From positions 1,630,579-1,694,578 of the forward strand of contig MU004193.1 of NCBI GenBank assembly GCA_010093605.1: DNA of 64,000 nucleotides, read 5' to 3'. A model generated the notes under the pieces. It worked only from the letters and a program-made list of their open reading frames with translations, was not told the origin of the DNA and did no database searches. Both the position numbers and the translations under genes were made by a program. The stretch is from Lophium mytilinum (taxonomy: Eukaryota). Below are positions 24,692 through 37,684 of the stretch, in pieces (the first letter of the stretch is position 1; every line of letters begins with the position of its first letter).

Positions 24692-25466
24692 TGTCGATGT
24701 GCGTGGAATGCGCGCTAATTTGGAGCTTTGGGGAGCGAAGTGCCTAATAAATCAATGGAGGTTTGCCTGAAAGACTAGAGAGTTTGCGGATGCAATTGAG
24801 TGTTTATTTGACAACGGAAGCTCGAAGAGGTGGTATGTGGTAGAGGTGTCGAATTGACTCAAGGACTCTGCATCATTTATATGCTTAGTCGGCCGAGCGA
24901 ACGGGGTTAAGAGGGTGCATCATGCGTTTCGCTCCTGCGTGTTTAGTACCTTAATTGAATTGATGTTATTATGGGGTGGGAATTGTGGTAGCCTATCGAG
25001 AGACGCGCTCGTGACGTACTTGACACGTCGGGAATAAGTTGACTTAACGCCGATTAGGCCCTCTCAACAACATCTGTAGAGCCAAGCTAGTAAAATTCCC
25101 CTGTACGCATGCCATGAGTAATCCCAGCTACAAGAAACCCTGTCATGCAAGTGCGGAGTTGAAGAAAAGTCTCTCGGCCGGTGTAAGAGCTTTACACGCA
25201 TGAGCAGAATCTGAGGACCGTGAATCGTGGGATCTCACTTCCACTTAGAGTTAATGAGAAGGCATTACCGGCAAGTAGTTCACGATGGCTTTTTTACATA
25301 AGCAATGAGCTCGGAATCCAGCAAGGGTGAGGTGTGCTCAATGCAGACAAACCTCATCGGAATGTATTTGTGGAACGGTAGGGTTAGCGCAGTTCCTAGA
25401 CATAATCAGTCATAATTTCAAACCAACGCTTTCTATTTGAATATGATATGGACTTTGAAAGGCCCT

Positions 25467-28393
25467 CTATGTAATCTGCCATAAAGCATTGATTTGCTTT
25501 CTTCGAACCTACACGACATTAGCTTAGGCAGAGTACACATTGGAAATGCCAGGGTTGAACTTACCAAAGGCGCAACAAATACAACACCTACACCCAATGC
25601 AAGCACAGTCGCCAACATTTGAATCTTGTTGAAGCCTTTCCCAAGCATGTCGAATGCGAAACTTGGGGCAACTCTCGTCCCAAAAATATCCAAGCCGTAC
25701 GAAAAGACTAGGCTGGTGCTCTCAACAAGGGCAGCACTAGTGATGACATCTTTGACGCCAATGATCTCCATGTTGTGATTGAGGTACCACTTCGGGTCAA
25801 ATTGAAGGGCTGGATTGTATTTCGTGATGCCCTCGCTGGCTTCTAGGGGGGTTGGATCCCTCCCAATTGGTCTTCGGGGGTCGATGATGTATCGGGGAAT
25901 CCCGACTATCGAGTTACTCTCAGGAAGAGTGATAAGAAGCTCGCGCGAGGTGATGCCTTGACGAGTTTGCGTGGCCGTCATAAGCGAGATCTCTTCCGGG
26001 ATCTGATATGTCTGCGAGATGACATATGGCTTCGCAGCATCGCCCGACGCGGAAGAGGGTTGGAAGCTGGAAGAATTGGATGCAGCGCCGAGCGGGCCAC
26101 GATCATTAGCGAGGGCAGACTCGTAGAGCTCTGCAACTATGAGTTGGTATCCCCTGCAAGTGTCATCGGTCGAAGCATCCAAGGTTAAGGAGTAGCTGAA
26201 CCAATGCTCCGATATAGCGGATGGGATAGCGCGAGAAGTATCAATATTAGGGTGAGAAACTGCATGCAGGACATTGCCTGATGCGGAGTCGAGGAGGTAT
26301 ACGGAGGCAGTCCGAGTGGAATCAATTACCGTGGTGACCAGAACCAGGTTTGGGTTCAGGTATTTGTAAAGAACGCTCCGGTCGCCTAGAACTTTGCCAA
26401 TGGAGGCCACGGGGTCCACCACAGGCCTGGCGGTATATCCGATGATGCGTTCTCCCTTGGAAGGGGCAAATCCCCAAATTGGGTCTACTGCTTTGACATC
26501 ACCGAGATAGCCTTTGAGCTCTCCGTTGACGACATCGTAGGATATCAACTCATCAGCAACCAGGGTAGGATCTTGAATAGCTCGGGCAGCTTCCGAAGAT
26601 ATAAGAGCTCCGGTTGTCGAGTTGACGAAGATTGGTGTCTCCAAACCCTTTGCGTTGACTTCAATAAGGCCATGGGCAGCCCTCAGCACCGGATCCTGTA
26701 GTGTCGCAGCCGCGGCCAGATCTACGCTCCATACGATTCTGCCAGCAGACCCCGCATCAAGAGCAACCAGGCGGCCTTTGTCTGTTGCGACGATGACGAG
26801 TTTGTGGAAGCCAAAGGCGTCTTGCTGGACTTCCCTAGGAGTAGGATTCGCACTCTTGCCGGCGAAATTCGCTACAACCTGTGCAGGAATGCTTCGAATA
26901 TAGGCCGGCAGATGCGTTAGATCACGAATATGCCGAGTGATCCTATGAATGTAAGCGGCGACTACATTTTGGTGGCCCTCGATGGCCAACTCGTGGGCAA
27001 GAGCTTCTTCCTCGGGGAGGTCCGCCCACACAGCAGTGATTGCGTTTGCGAGTAACTCTGGGCGAGCCCAAATCAAGACCCCATTACGAACAAGAGTCCA
27101 TTGGCCGTTGGAAAACAGCACAGCAGATCGCACAGCTTGGGCAGACCCAGATCGGAAAGCTACCTCGGAGACTCCCTGGACTGGATACGCGTCATCAGTG
27201 AAGGTTGCCTTCTTGGTCGGCCAGCGACCGAGCACTGCGTGCGAGGCCGAGGAAACAACAATGGTTTCTTCGGGGGTGATCCTCGTGAAGAGGACATTTG
27301 CATCTGAAGTACTCGTCGTGAAAGCTCCCTTGCCTGGCAACTCCGGGAGAGAATAAGCCTTGATTATCGTGTTTTTCTGGGCGTCGACATGATAGACTTC
27401 TGCGGCATGCGAAGTGGCAGTATCGTATTGAATGAGGAAGTGGGAGAGCGAATTAATGCGATGAGGAGCGTGCAGAGTAATTTTCACAACGTCGTCTGTG
27501 CCCTTGGTGGGCACCGCAATTGTTGTCGTGGACTTCGTCCCTAAGATGTTTATTTTCACAGTCTTCTTGGCCTTGTCTGTCCATGCTAGAAGAGGAGAGG
27601 CGGAGTTTGCTCCAGCGAAGAGGATGGATTCATGGGAGGAGACGTCACTTTCTGAGCTCAACGTATACTGTTCCAGTTTTTGGCCACTCAAAGTATCAAG
27701 AGACGTGACTTTGATTTTTATGCCTCCTAGCAATGTTGAGTGGAGCGAGATGTAGTATATGCTGATTGCGGACGAGGATACTTGGAAGGGAACATCTCCA
27801 CTGCACGTTATTCAGTCTACGAGCTCAAGTGTGGAGAAAAAGTGCAATACATACCTGGCATCCTCATATGTCCACCTTACAATACCAGTCTTTCCATCTA
27901 GTCTCTTAACTCCCTGTACTCCTCCGCTGAGCAGCACAATCGCATCTTTTACGTCTCTATCGGCTTTGCTGTCCGGGAGTTCCAGGATCTCTAAATCTTT
28001 TACTGTTGACCCCGGAAACTTCGAGCCCCACACGTATCTTCCATCTGAAGAGCTCCAGGCTGCGACCTGATCTCCGGCGGCGCTGATAACTGTGTCCTGG
28101 TCCTCACCAGCTCGGAGGTAGCCCTCTGTGGTGTTCGTGGACGACGACAATGGTTGGCGCCAGACTAGCTCTCCATCTTTTGGATTCACCGCGCCAATGA
28201 CCAGTTTGTCCGAGAGAGTGTAGATGAGAGAGGCTTTCGAGCCCGCGAAGGGCTGCTGGAAGAGGGTCGCATCTTGCTTCGGGAGTCCCACTAGAGCGTA
28301 GTGGTAGTCGATGTGGCCTGCGTCGTCAGCGAATATCGCAAGACAGCTAGCTACGAACAGCGAGGTCGAGCCCAGCGCTGCATGGAGGCGCAT
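25467..28393 (-). CDS. EMC1: ER membrane protein complex subunit 1 (3 exons)
   Basis: Signal peptide, then DDAGHIDYH..G.P and a beta-propeller region. Motifs SIGKVLGDRSVLYKYLNPN, TRQGIT.R, ESTSLVF..GLDIFGTRVAPS..FD.L, then a C-terminal TM and RRKQINALW. Introns 27854-27801 and 25564-25509. Confidence 0.95.
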
Positions 28394-30752
28394 TGTTTGG
28401 TCGGTGTGGAAGTCGGTGAGAGCTGCGCCTTGCTCGTCGTCGCCGGGGCCGATGCTGTAACGTTCCTGCCACTTTCGTGAGATTCGGAGCTAGTCGGCCC
28501 GCTCTTAGCGTTCGCCGTTTACCCCCGAGGATAGTGGCCGCCGTTTAGGCGGCACCGCAGGACTCGACGACATGGCCCTTGGCCCTCTGGGCACTAGTCA
28601 GTCTAACTACGAAATGTCCGCAGCCTCGGAAACAAGTCTCATTCGGTATCAGACTAAGTCAAGGTGTTTCAAACAGTCGCGCAAAGCTTACAGAAGCGTA
28701 TAGATAGGCAGCGTATGCCCTCTTTTCAGAAAAGCAGCTTATCAGACACCTGCTGCACTGCCACCTGCATAATCGAAGTCGTACATTGCTAGTCAGTTTA
28801 CAAGTTCTCGTCTAAGCGCGTCCTTCCCGGGTTCCTAAACGTCACCGTGCTGGCACCGCGCTGGGCACCAGGTGGAGGCCTCTCCGCAAAAAGAAAGGCC
28901 TGGCATGCTTCAAACCCGGGTACACAGCACCCACGAGGCAGTCGTTCCGGCATCCCCGTCCCTGGACACTAACGCCTAGCTGGAGAGCTTAATTGATCCT
29001 TCATCGGCTTTTGCAGCAGCCTTCCTTCTCGCTGTCGTCATGCTATGGCGGTGCATGGCTACGTACTCGCTGTTACTTGTGCTGTGCCCTTCTTGTTGCT
29101 GCACGTCTCACGTCTAACGTCTCACCACACAACGTCACGGCCTGTCTCGGGTGCGACCTCCACGCTCCTGGTGATGGTCGTGCCATCAGGATCTGATGCT
29201 CAAGGGTTGCAGGCCCTGGGAGGCCCGCACTGATTTCCCGTCGGACCCATTTGACGTTCACGGCCAGGGGGGTTTACCACAACGCGGGATAGGGCCCAAC
29301 CTGGGCGGCTGGGACGTGACGTGCTCCACCTGCAGTTCCCTCGTTCCCGCAGCATCGGACTGCCGTCCTCGGATGTTTGCTCCTCCATCACTCGGTTGGT
29401 GCCCAGCAGCGCATACATACATATGTCTCGTCACCGTGCCGTGGTCCTGGAATCCGACGAGGCCCGGGCCGGCATCCCAGCGCCTCAGCTGCATTGTGAC
29501 AACTGCGCTCGACTGCAGCGGGGCATCTCAATGGGGACGCAGGCAGTGAGGCCGTTCAGCCAGCAGCCCGTTTCGGCGATAGCTCCAGCATCGGATCCAG
29601 CTCTGTGGGCATTGGGTCCGGCGGAGCATAATCCATGCTGCCGGTAGCGCCGACGACGCCTCTGGGCCTCTTTGCCGTCGTTGGCTGGGGGTGTTGTGCC
29701 CTCGCCGGAGCGTACGCGGATGGCCGGCTTGACTGGCTAAAGCTGAAGCGGTCGAATTTTCCGGCCTTGCGTGCAGCCATCTGGAGCCGTATGGGAGAGT
29801 GGGAAAGGTGCAAATGCAGCAGAGCACGCCAATCACGCCCAGCTGCCGCCGACGTCTAAGGGAGCTCGTCTGCGCGCCAGCAAGTCCAGCGCATCGTTGC
29901 AGGCATGTTGCTGCGATCCCACTCTGCGAGGCCAAAGCCGTCGTTCTCGCCTATCGACGAACTGTGAGCCATTATGTCAAGTCAGGCAGCCGGCGTGGTG
30001 GAGGTGGGAGCAATGAAATGCTACATAGACCTCGCGACCTCCATGCCTCCCTCCGGACCTCCGTCCCTGAAAATCTCGCTCCCAGCAAGCATCAAACGAC
30101 AGCAATCAGCAGCATCACGTCGCAGCACGCCGCCCGCCGCCCAGCACGCCCAGCAAACATCAAACATCACATCCCACGACGGGCCACGCTGCTGCAGCCC
30201 AACGTCCCTTGGGCCAACCTCCACGTGCCCCAAGCTCCCCGCACCAGCTTCGTGTCCGCCTTGCCGGCTATGTAATCGATAAAGCCATAATTTTTGAAAA
30301 CGCTTCTGGGAGGTGCGTTCACAATTCGCGCACCAGGCAATTTATGAACCTGGCCGCGGCCGATCCCTGGCCACCATCACCTGCTGAACACAGGCACCTG
30401 CAGGCCTTTCTCCATGTATAATATAGCTGACCCGCGCCGCAGTCCTGGTAGGTGGCCATTCGCAGCGCGCGCCAAATCGTACCCGCATCGTACCACGCAC
30501 CGTTGATTTCGCCGACCCGCCGCTAGAATACAGAATCTGTGGACAGCATACCCAGTGACACCTCTAAGAGCTGCCAAGACGAAGTGCTGCAGAGCTCCTG
30601 AACTTGGGTGCACGCGCAATTGGCTCTGGACTGGCAGACGAAGGCGAAATTGGCCGGCGTTGGCCACTGTGGCGAGTGCTCAGCTGGCGTCAGCTTGATA
30701 TACGAACCTACGCGGCTCCGACATTGCTCCTGCTGCGCGCCTTTCTTGAGGC

Positions 30753-31737
30753 ATGTCGCAACGTGAATACCATATCGTCGTCCTGGGCTCAGGTGAGTTA
30801 CCGCGCCGGCGGACTGGGTGCCGAGTACACAGCACTGACGCACGCGCAGGTGGAGTTGGGAAGAGCTGTCTGACCGGTATGTCGTGTGTGCCGCGAGAGC
30901 AGAGCATCCAACCTCGGCGTTTGGCGAGCTAAACCCTCGAAGCACAGTTTGTCCAGAATGTTTGGATAGAAAGCTATGACCCAACCATCGAGGACTCGTA
31001 CCGCAAGGGCATCATGGTAGATGTGTGTGCTGCCCGCCTCCGCGCGTTGCCACTGCCAGAAAACTGACAAGACTGCTGCAGGGCCGACACGTCGTCTTGG
31101 AAATTTTGGATACTGCTGGAACAGAGCAATTCAGTGAGTGCTTACTGCCCCGACGAGCCGCATCTTTTCTTGTTTTGAACCATGCTGACTGGACCCCTGC
31201 GTAGCTGCGATGAGGTACCTACCCCGACCTTCTGTCACTTCCGTGCCGCGTTGCGCCGCTGACGTCCTGCGCAGAGAACTTTACATGAAGACAGGCCAGG
31301 GCTTCCTCCTAGTCTTCAGCATCACCTCCATGACGTCGCTCCACGAACTCGCCGAACTACGCGAACAGATAATACGCATAAAAGATGACATGAGGGTGCC
31401 GATTGTGCTCGTAGGCAACAAGTCTGACCTCGAGGAGGACCGCGCCGTGTCGCGCGCGCGCGCGTTCGCCGTGTCTCAGAGCTGGGGAGGGTGTCCATAC
31501 TATGAGACGAGCGCGAGGCGGCGCGCAAATGTTGACGAAGTCTTCACGGATCTCTGCAGGCAGATAATCTTGAAGGATATGAAGGACGCGCAGGTGCGAG
31601 ACTACGACAACCCGCGACGACCCCACAGAAATCAAAGATATCCAGACCGAGACTCAGGCGGAAGAACCGGTAGGAGAACCGGCGAGGGATCCGGCAGGAG
31701 ACGACCTAAAAAGAAGGAGAGATGTACGATTCTATAG
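30753..31737 (+). CDS. RSR1: Rap/Rsr1 (KREV-1-like) Ras-family small GTPase (6 exons)
   Basis: Exons 30753-30792, 30850-30876, 30943-31022, 31082-31133, 31205-31214 and 31275-31737 give [39 protein letters not shown] (Rap-type Thr at Ras position 61), NKSD, ETSA and the CaaX end CTIL. Confidence 0.93.
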
Positions 31738-31955
31738 GGCTGGATGTCCCTTAGCCCTCCGGTCCTGCGGCTGGGCCAAAAACAATCGACCCTGCCGGCC
31801 AGGGCATTCAGTCTTCCTTCAAAGAAAAAGCGAGATTTGTTTTGGTAAGATTTATGTTTAAGACCGAATATAGAGGTATTAGATGCGCAGCTCGCCGCCT
31901 ATGAAAAATAATTTCTACACGTATATCTTATCTGATATGTCTTCGTCGGTATCTA

Positions 31956-32693
31956 TCAGTCTATAGGTATGAATCGTATCTCCCGATGTTCGTCATATGT
32001 CAGTATGTCTAGGCTCCCCTCCTCTGGAACTATTGACAGCCTTCTGTCTACACTCTGGATGGCATCGGCCTCGGTGAGTAGTTCCTCGAGCTCGCCGTAC
32101 TGCCACCAATGCACTCTCAACCCGCTCTTGACCCGCAACACATAGTCCTGCCCCACTACACATTTGTCCATTCCGTAAGGCCCGCCTGGCGGCCTCAACT
32201 CTCTCAAAAACCACTCTGCCTCTTCCCCCTTGGCAGCTTTCAAGCCTTCCTTGATAGTCTCCAGATCCACTCCCATTCCCAGAGTCCTCGGATTTTCGTA
32301 CTCTTCATACGGCACTGAAGGGTCACCCGGCGCCGAGCCCTCTGGTCTGAAAGACGTGGCGAATGCAAGGGGCTTCTGCGGCCAAAGCGTCAAAAACTGG
32401 TCGGCTCTCAATTGTGAAAGCTGCCTGGATCCTCGGTAGCATCCGCTCCCTCCTCCGTAAGGGCGTCTTCCCCTACCGTCCGGATTGATCAGGTCCACGC
32501 AGTGACTAGGGTGCGTCAAGCCACTTTCTATGGTTCGGACCGTTATCGGCTCAGACGAGTTGTGCAGTTGCAGGGTTATGGAGAGTACTGGCTGGTCTGG
32601 CGATGTGAAGGATGGAGATGTCGGCGACAGGGAAGGGGTGAGTGTGATGTATGGCCTACCGGCCAGTAGATGGGCGTTGATGTGGTGCTCCAT
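31956..32693 (-). CDS. Hypothetical protein (~245 aa)
   Basis: Open frame with likely start MEHHINAHLL at 32693 and globular-looking sequence (LSITLQLH..PITV, V.WWQYG..EE). No family recognised with confidence. Confidence 0.65.
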   Translation of the reverse strand: MEHHINAHLLAGRPYITLTPSLSPTSPSFTSPDQPVLSITLQLHNSSEPITVRTIESGLTHPSHCVDLINPDGRGRRPYGGGSGCYRGSRQLSQLRADQFLTLWPQKPLAFATSFRPEGSAPGDPSVPYEEYENPRTLGMGVDLETIKEGLKAAKGEEAEWFLRELRPPGGPYGMDKCVVGQDYVLRVKSGLRVHWWQYGELEELLTEADAIQSVDRRLSIVPEEGSLDILTYDEHREIRFIPID

Positions 32694-33320
32694 TTGATAT
32701 TCGTGCTGAGCAGCTTGTCTTGAAGAAACCTCAGTAGAGTATTGCTCTTGTTGAAACTGACGAGGGAAAACTATGAACTTCAGTATGTGTACGCCGCATA
32801 CGCCGCATTCGCCACCCCCGCCTCGCCGCAACTCTCACTGCCACTCCGTAAAAGTAAGTGTCAACTATTCTGAAATCTGTCTTTCTTTATTTGTTCCTTC
32901 TCGCAGCACAGGGTTTCTTTTCTCGTCTCACGACACCCATGCAGAGTGCCACAGCCTTACATGGAGGCACTCCAGTCGTCTTTACATCCAGACCGTCCTT
33001 TGCTGTGCCGTGGTGCTGTCGTCGTGCAGGCTGTGCGACTTCAACTCGTAGCCACCAACTTCACAATGAGCTCCTACATCGCTGATTTAGAATCCATGCG
33101 GTCTGTTTGCCAATAGGTCCTTCAACTCTTCAAATGCACCAACCCAGTCTCTACTAATTTAAGCCGAATCACACTGCTGTTGCTAGAGCATAACCCTTGT
33201 AGGCTTAGAGTTACCAACATTTGCATGGGCGAAGTCCAGTCTATGATCTTGGGTTCGACTTGAAGAGGTCTTTGCCGCTAGTCGTTGTGCCGCATCCTAT
33301 CAAGACGGTTTGCGTAGCAA

Positions 33321-33387
33321 GGAGGATCTGAAAGCGAGGAGGATCTGACAGCGGGGAGGATCTGAAAGCGAGGATGACTGAAAGCGA
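33321..33387. repeat. 17-bp tandem repeat x4 (ggaggatctgaaagcga)
   Basis: Units at 33321, 33338, 33355 and a degenerate one at 33372, about 160 bp upstream of the metalloprotease start codon. Confidence 0.85.
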
Positions 33388-33548
33388 AGAGCGGCGCAGT
33401 ATCATGGAAAGCACCTGCAGGTGTATGAAAGAAGTGTCCTCTTCATTGCCTACTTATGCCGGCTCCACCAAGCTACTTATAGTGTCAGCTATCTACACTC
33501 ATTCTTGATCAACCATTCTACCTCATCGTTCGATACTATCTTTCCATC

Positions 33549-34514
33549 ATGAAGCCCTTGCTATTTCTTTCAGTGCTTGCAATAGGGAGTCTATCCTACT
33601 GCTTGCCCACTTATCTACCCTTACTCCGTCGTGCTGGATCTAGACCTTTTGTCTGGTTCCGAGACAGCCATGATGCGAACGCCATGCGCGAGGCTACCGA
33701 CGGAGCTATCGACGACGCCTTCGAGCTAGCATCATATGCCCAAATTCTTGCTGATGTAACGCCCGACATCTACGAGAAGTACTTCCCAAAAGAATGGGTT
33801 CCCCAAGTCATCGACATCTTCAAGCAGATTGTGCCCGATGCTGTACGTCACCTTAATTCCCATCCAGTATACAAACACTCGATTTAACCAGTTCATCCCG
33901 GCTTGAGTTGTTCCCTTCTGCCCCATGTTAATACTCCCCCACAGCAATCTGGAGAGCAAGAAGGCGGTCCCCTAGTCGGCTCCTTCTTCATCATCGACGA
34001 CAACTACAACCCCGACATCTGCAACCGCGGTGGCGAGGCCTACACCGACAATCGCCAACGCCCCGCCGACAGCGGCGTCCTGTACGACTATTCGCAGACC
34101 TACATCTGCCCCGCGACCTTCAACGAAGTCCTCGAAAAGGGAGACGGCCCCGCCCCACGCCGCGCCGACCTCGAGTGCGACGACTTCAAGTTCGCTGGCA
34201 GCTATCGCATGGCCAATGAGATGAACTACATTGGTGCCACCATCTTTCATGAGATGATGCATAGCAACCTGATCGTTGTGGTGGCGTTTAAGGATGTGGA
34301 AATTCCGGGCAGGGGAGTGTTGGATAATATGATTGTGGACGATGGGGGATATGGACCGTTCACGACGAGGAAGCTGTTAAGGGAAAATCCGGAGGCAACG
34401 AAGAGGAATGCGGACTCGTATACGTGGTGTGCGATGGAGGTGTTGTGGACGATGTTGTGCTCAAAGGAGTTGCAGAGCCAAGGGGGAAGGTTTGTCGATG
34501 CGGTTGCTGATTGA
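33549..34514 (+). CDS. Secreted zinc metalloprotease, M35/aspzincin-like (HEXXH+D), 2 exons
   Basis: Signal peptide MKPLLFLSVLAIGSLSYC. Intron 33843-33944 (GTACGT..CAG, phase 0). Motifs YICP, IFHEMMH, GYG and NADSY. Confidence 0.82.
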
Positions 34515-35164
34515 TCGTCACTCAGCACATTCCTGGAAAGACACGTAGCGCGTAGTATTGTTTCCCGTGCGTTATATACTGTTATCTAATTACTTTATAC
34601 CATCCGCATGCATAGCTTCATAGAGCAGCTCCTTAACTGCTCAGAAGGATATATGCCGAACTACCAGCCGCCTACTAATATCTCAGCCTGTATCCCTTCC
34701 CTTTTCCGTTCACTCCTAGCCTTCGCTTTCTATTTCATGTTTTGGGTTACAAAGCCATTATATCAACACGATTGGACGTATAAGTTTTCCATACCTATGT
34801 ATTCGTATAGCTAGGCTAACCTACATTGGATAATTTGCAATTGAAGCATTATATTTAACTAAGCTTGAGCGAGACGAGATATCCCAAGAGATACTTAGCT
34901 TTTACTGCAGCTTATTGGTCGGAGCAACAGCATTAGAGCTTGGTAGATAATCTAGCTGCCTACTGTTGCCTGCATGCACACCCCCGCCGCTTGAAATCTT
35001 CATAGCCAGGACGTGTCCCACTCCTAGCCTTGCCGCTAGGATTTCCAGCTATTTCCCCACCTCGTTGATCTAATCCTTCTTCCGATAATACCCACGCTTA
35101 CCTCCTCGCAACCTACTTCCCCAACTTTCGCTTCGATCTCCCAGCGTCACCCGCCATCTGCAAG

Positions 35165-35473
35165 ATGACAGACACCCCTTTAGTCCGTCTGTTCATAGGG
35201 AATCTTCCCCGCGACGTCACTAGGAATGATGTTGAACGTCTCTTCCAGCAAATCGGCGAACTTTTTGAAATCAGGCTCATGAACGGGTTCGGTTTCGTGG
35301 AGTACAACAACGCTGTGGACGCACGAGACGCTGTCGCTGCGCTTCATGGCTCAGACTTCATGGGTCAGCGTTTGGTCGTCAATTTCACCAGTGGTAGCTC
35401 TATGCCTGGACGACTCGCCCAAATTCGGCCGCGAAATCATCATAAAAAGGAGAAAGTTGCGTCCAGGGAGTGA
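35165..35473 (+). CDS. Stand-alone RRM protein or fragment resembling RRM1 of fungal SR-like proteins (Srp2/Npl3 type), 102 aa
   Basis: RNP2 LFIGNLP, RNP1 NGFGFVEY, and DARDAVAALHGSDFMGQRLVVNF. Intronless, with no second RRM or RS tail; possibly a pseudogene. Confidence 0.7.
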   Translation: MTDTPLVRLFIGNLPRDVTRNDVERLFQQIGELFEIRLMNGFGFVEYNNAVDARDAVAALHGSDFMGQRLVVNFTSGSSMPGRLAQIRPRNHHKKEKVASRE

Positions 35474-35559
35474 TTAGTGCACGATTTGAAGAAGACGACG
35501 TTTTTCTGGTTTGGAGATGGCGAGGATGAGATTGATAGGCGTGAGGCTATTGAGGGGGA

Positions 35560-35850
35560 GTGGACTACGTTAGTGCTACGGTCTTCCGTACGATGATGGA
35601 TTGCAACTTGATTGCTGTTGAGGTTTAAGCTGTGGATGCTTCGGGTAGGGGAGTGATCGATAAATTGACGTGGATGCTGAGGGCTATGGGTTGCTAACGA
35701 CGAGGGAGATAGTGGTGGAGGATATGAAGTCGATGACAAGGAAGGCGGCTCGTATGCGCGGTGTGCAATGGAGTTACTGTAAACGATGTTGTGCTGCAAG
35801 GAGTAGGAGGTTTGGGGGGGGGAAGTTTGAACATATGGTAGAGACTGATT
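35560..35850 (+). pseudogene. Decayed duplicate of the 3' half of the M35 metalloprotease gene
   Basis: Colinear with ~34225-34520, e.g. actacgttagtgctacggtcttc vs actacattggtgccaccatcttt, ggtaggggagtgatcgataa vs ggcaggggagtgttggataa, acgatgttgtgct in both. HEMMH has become RTMMD, with stops and frameshifts. Confidence 0.8.
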
Positions 35851-36249
35851 GTCATTTATTATGAGGATAATTAGTGCAAAGTATCACTCTTCCCACGCTC
35901 TATACTGTCTTCTAGTTTATCATATTAAAATATAGGAATTATGATCAGTATCACGTGATGTAAAAGTGGGCAAGCCACTGGCTTTTCACTGAACAATATC
36001 CCTCCCTTGCTCCACGAACCTTCATCAAAATTCAATCTCTTGATCTTCGTTTTTCAACCGCCATCTTACAAGAGGGATGCGTCTATGGCTTACGCCAACT
36101 CATGTCATCAGAAGACAAACCGCTTCCTATAGATGCCGAGGCCGCTACTTACACCCTGTCCTGCTCGATAGTGCTCATATTGGTTGGGCATCAAGTCCTT
36201 ACTGAATCCGAGCTTTCCGGTAGCCCGTTTCCCGTCTTTCTGAAGGCTG

Positions 36250-37377
36250 TCACTCTTCCGTTGGACCGTCTTCATGTGATGAAAATCTTGAAGGCTGCCG
36301 AATTCTCACTCCTTCCGTCACGGCTTCAGGGGGGCTCGTTCGTGTCAGAGCTTCCGAGGTTTCCACTCACGAAAACGACAAGCACTGCGGCGTAACTTGA
36401 GAGTAGCGTTAGCATTCGTAGGAGATGGCGAAGGCCGGGACACCTACGCAGCAGTGGCCGCAAACACCTCTGCCCTCCTCGCATTTGTGAGCAGAATTAC
36501 GCTGAGGGCGAACAGCGCTGTGAACGCTCCTATCATCCCCAATCGAGCTTTCGATGATCGCACGGCGTAGAGCCCTGCGATGGCTCCTACGAGCAGCACC
36601 GAGGCTATGAACGTGCTGATGATAGCTACAGCCCAGATAACGTGCCGCTCTTGGTAATGACCTGTTCGGTCTGCGCTGTGTTGGCGACTCTGAAGCCGAT
36701 GAGACAGGGCTCAATACTGAGGAAGACAACTTACAGTAACGGGCCAATGATCTTGTAGGAATCGGGAGAGAAAATCGTCGTCCGCAGGTGTCTTGAGAGC
36801 GACTAAATCCTGCTCATTATCAAGAACGTACTTTGCACGGCCTCCGAGGACAGGATCGGGCTTTGGACTCCCGTCCTTTGGTTTGCCGCCATCGAACCAG
36901 ATGCGGAATGCTTCGATGACTCGATTGCTCGGACGTTCGAGTTTGGAGACTTGGCTTTGAAGCAATAGAGCCTTGTCTTCGCAAATTAGCCCGATGCAAC
37001 TGATCAGAGGAGGAAGAGAACTCACGATACTCTTTCACTTTCTCTCTAATCTGTATAACGATGTCCATCATTTCGCGCTCTTCATCCCTAGATTTTGCGT
37101 TCTTAGAGAAGGCTTCCCACCGCCTCGCGGAGTCTTTGAAGTCGAGATCTCCCGTACTTGCGACATGGGCATCGAGTTGTGCTAAACGCTGTTCTAACGC
37201 TAAGAGCTCGCTTTGAAGGTAAAGCAGGTTTCGTGCGCTAAGCTGATCGAAACGCCGGTAAATGAATGTTTCGTTGTCCGGGTCGCGAGCTATCCAGGCG
37301 GCTACCGCTCGATAGCCATCACGGTTGGTGCTTAAGAGGCGTCCGAGTTCTATGTCTGCGGACGGTGAGAGTTGCAT
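36250..37377 (-). CDS. DUF6594-like protein: N-terminal helical domain plus C-terminal TM helices (4 exons)
   Basis: GY..VAAWIARDPD..FIYRRFDQLSARNLLYLQSELLALE..L at the N-terminus and the hydrophobic C-terminus ending ARRAEVFAATAA|YAAVLVVFVSG. Introns 37025-36977, 36734-36690 and 36447-36396 are GT..AG and keep the frame. Confidence 0.85.
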
Positions 37378-37684
37378 TTTCCCTTCATCCTTCCCAAAGT
37401 TCAACAACTCGTTTCATGTTCCGACGAGGCTTCAGGTGGTCTACGAGGTGTTTCCCATCAGCTCAAGGGCTGAGCTGCCCTTAGCGTGCATGCAGGCGGC
37501 AGGCGATGTGGCTGTGCATGACGCAAGGTGTCGTGGCACAGTGCAGGTGGGTGCGTGGGTGTCTGTCCACCCCAGCCTTCTTCCATCCTCCTATCCCCAT
37601 TATCGTGGAATGGTTCCGGAGCTTCAACATCTATTACAACGACTGATGAAATCGACTTGGACTGAGTGCTCAGCTTAGGCGTCC

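Noticed and set aside
28400..30750. Many GC-rich ORFs between EMC1 and RSR1
   Set aside because: High GC explains the open frames; no domain signal. Probably a divergent promoter and 5' UTR region.
33321..33387. CRISPR-like array
   Set aside because: Units are contiguous with no unique spacers, and the context is eukaryotic; it is a minisatellite.
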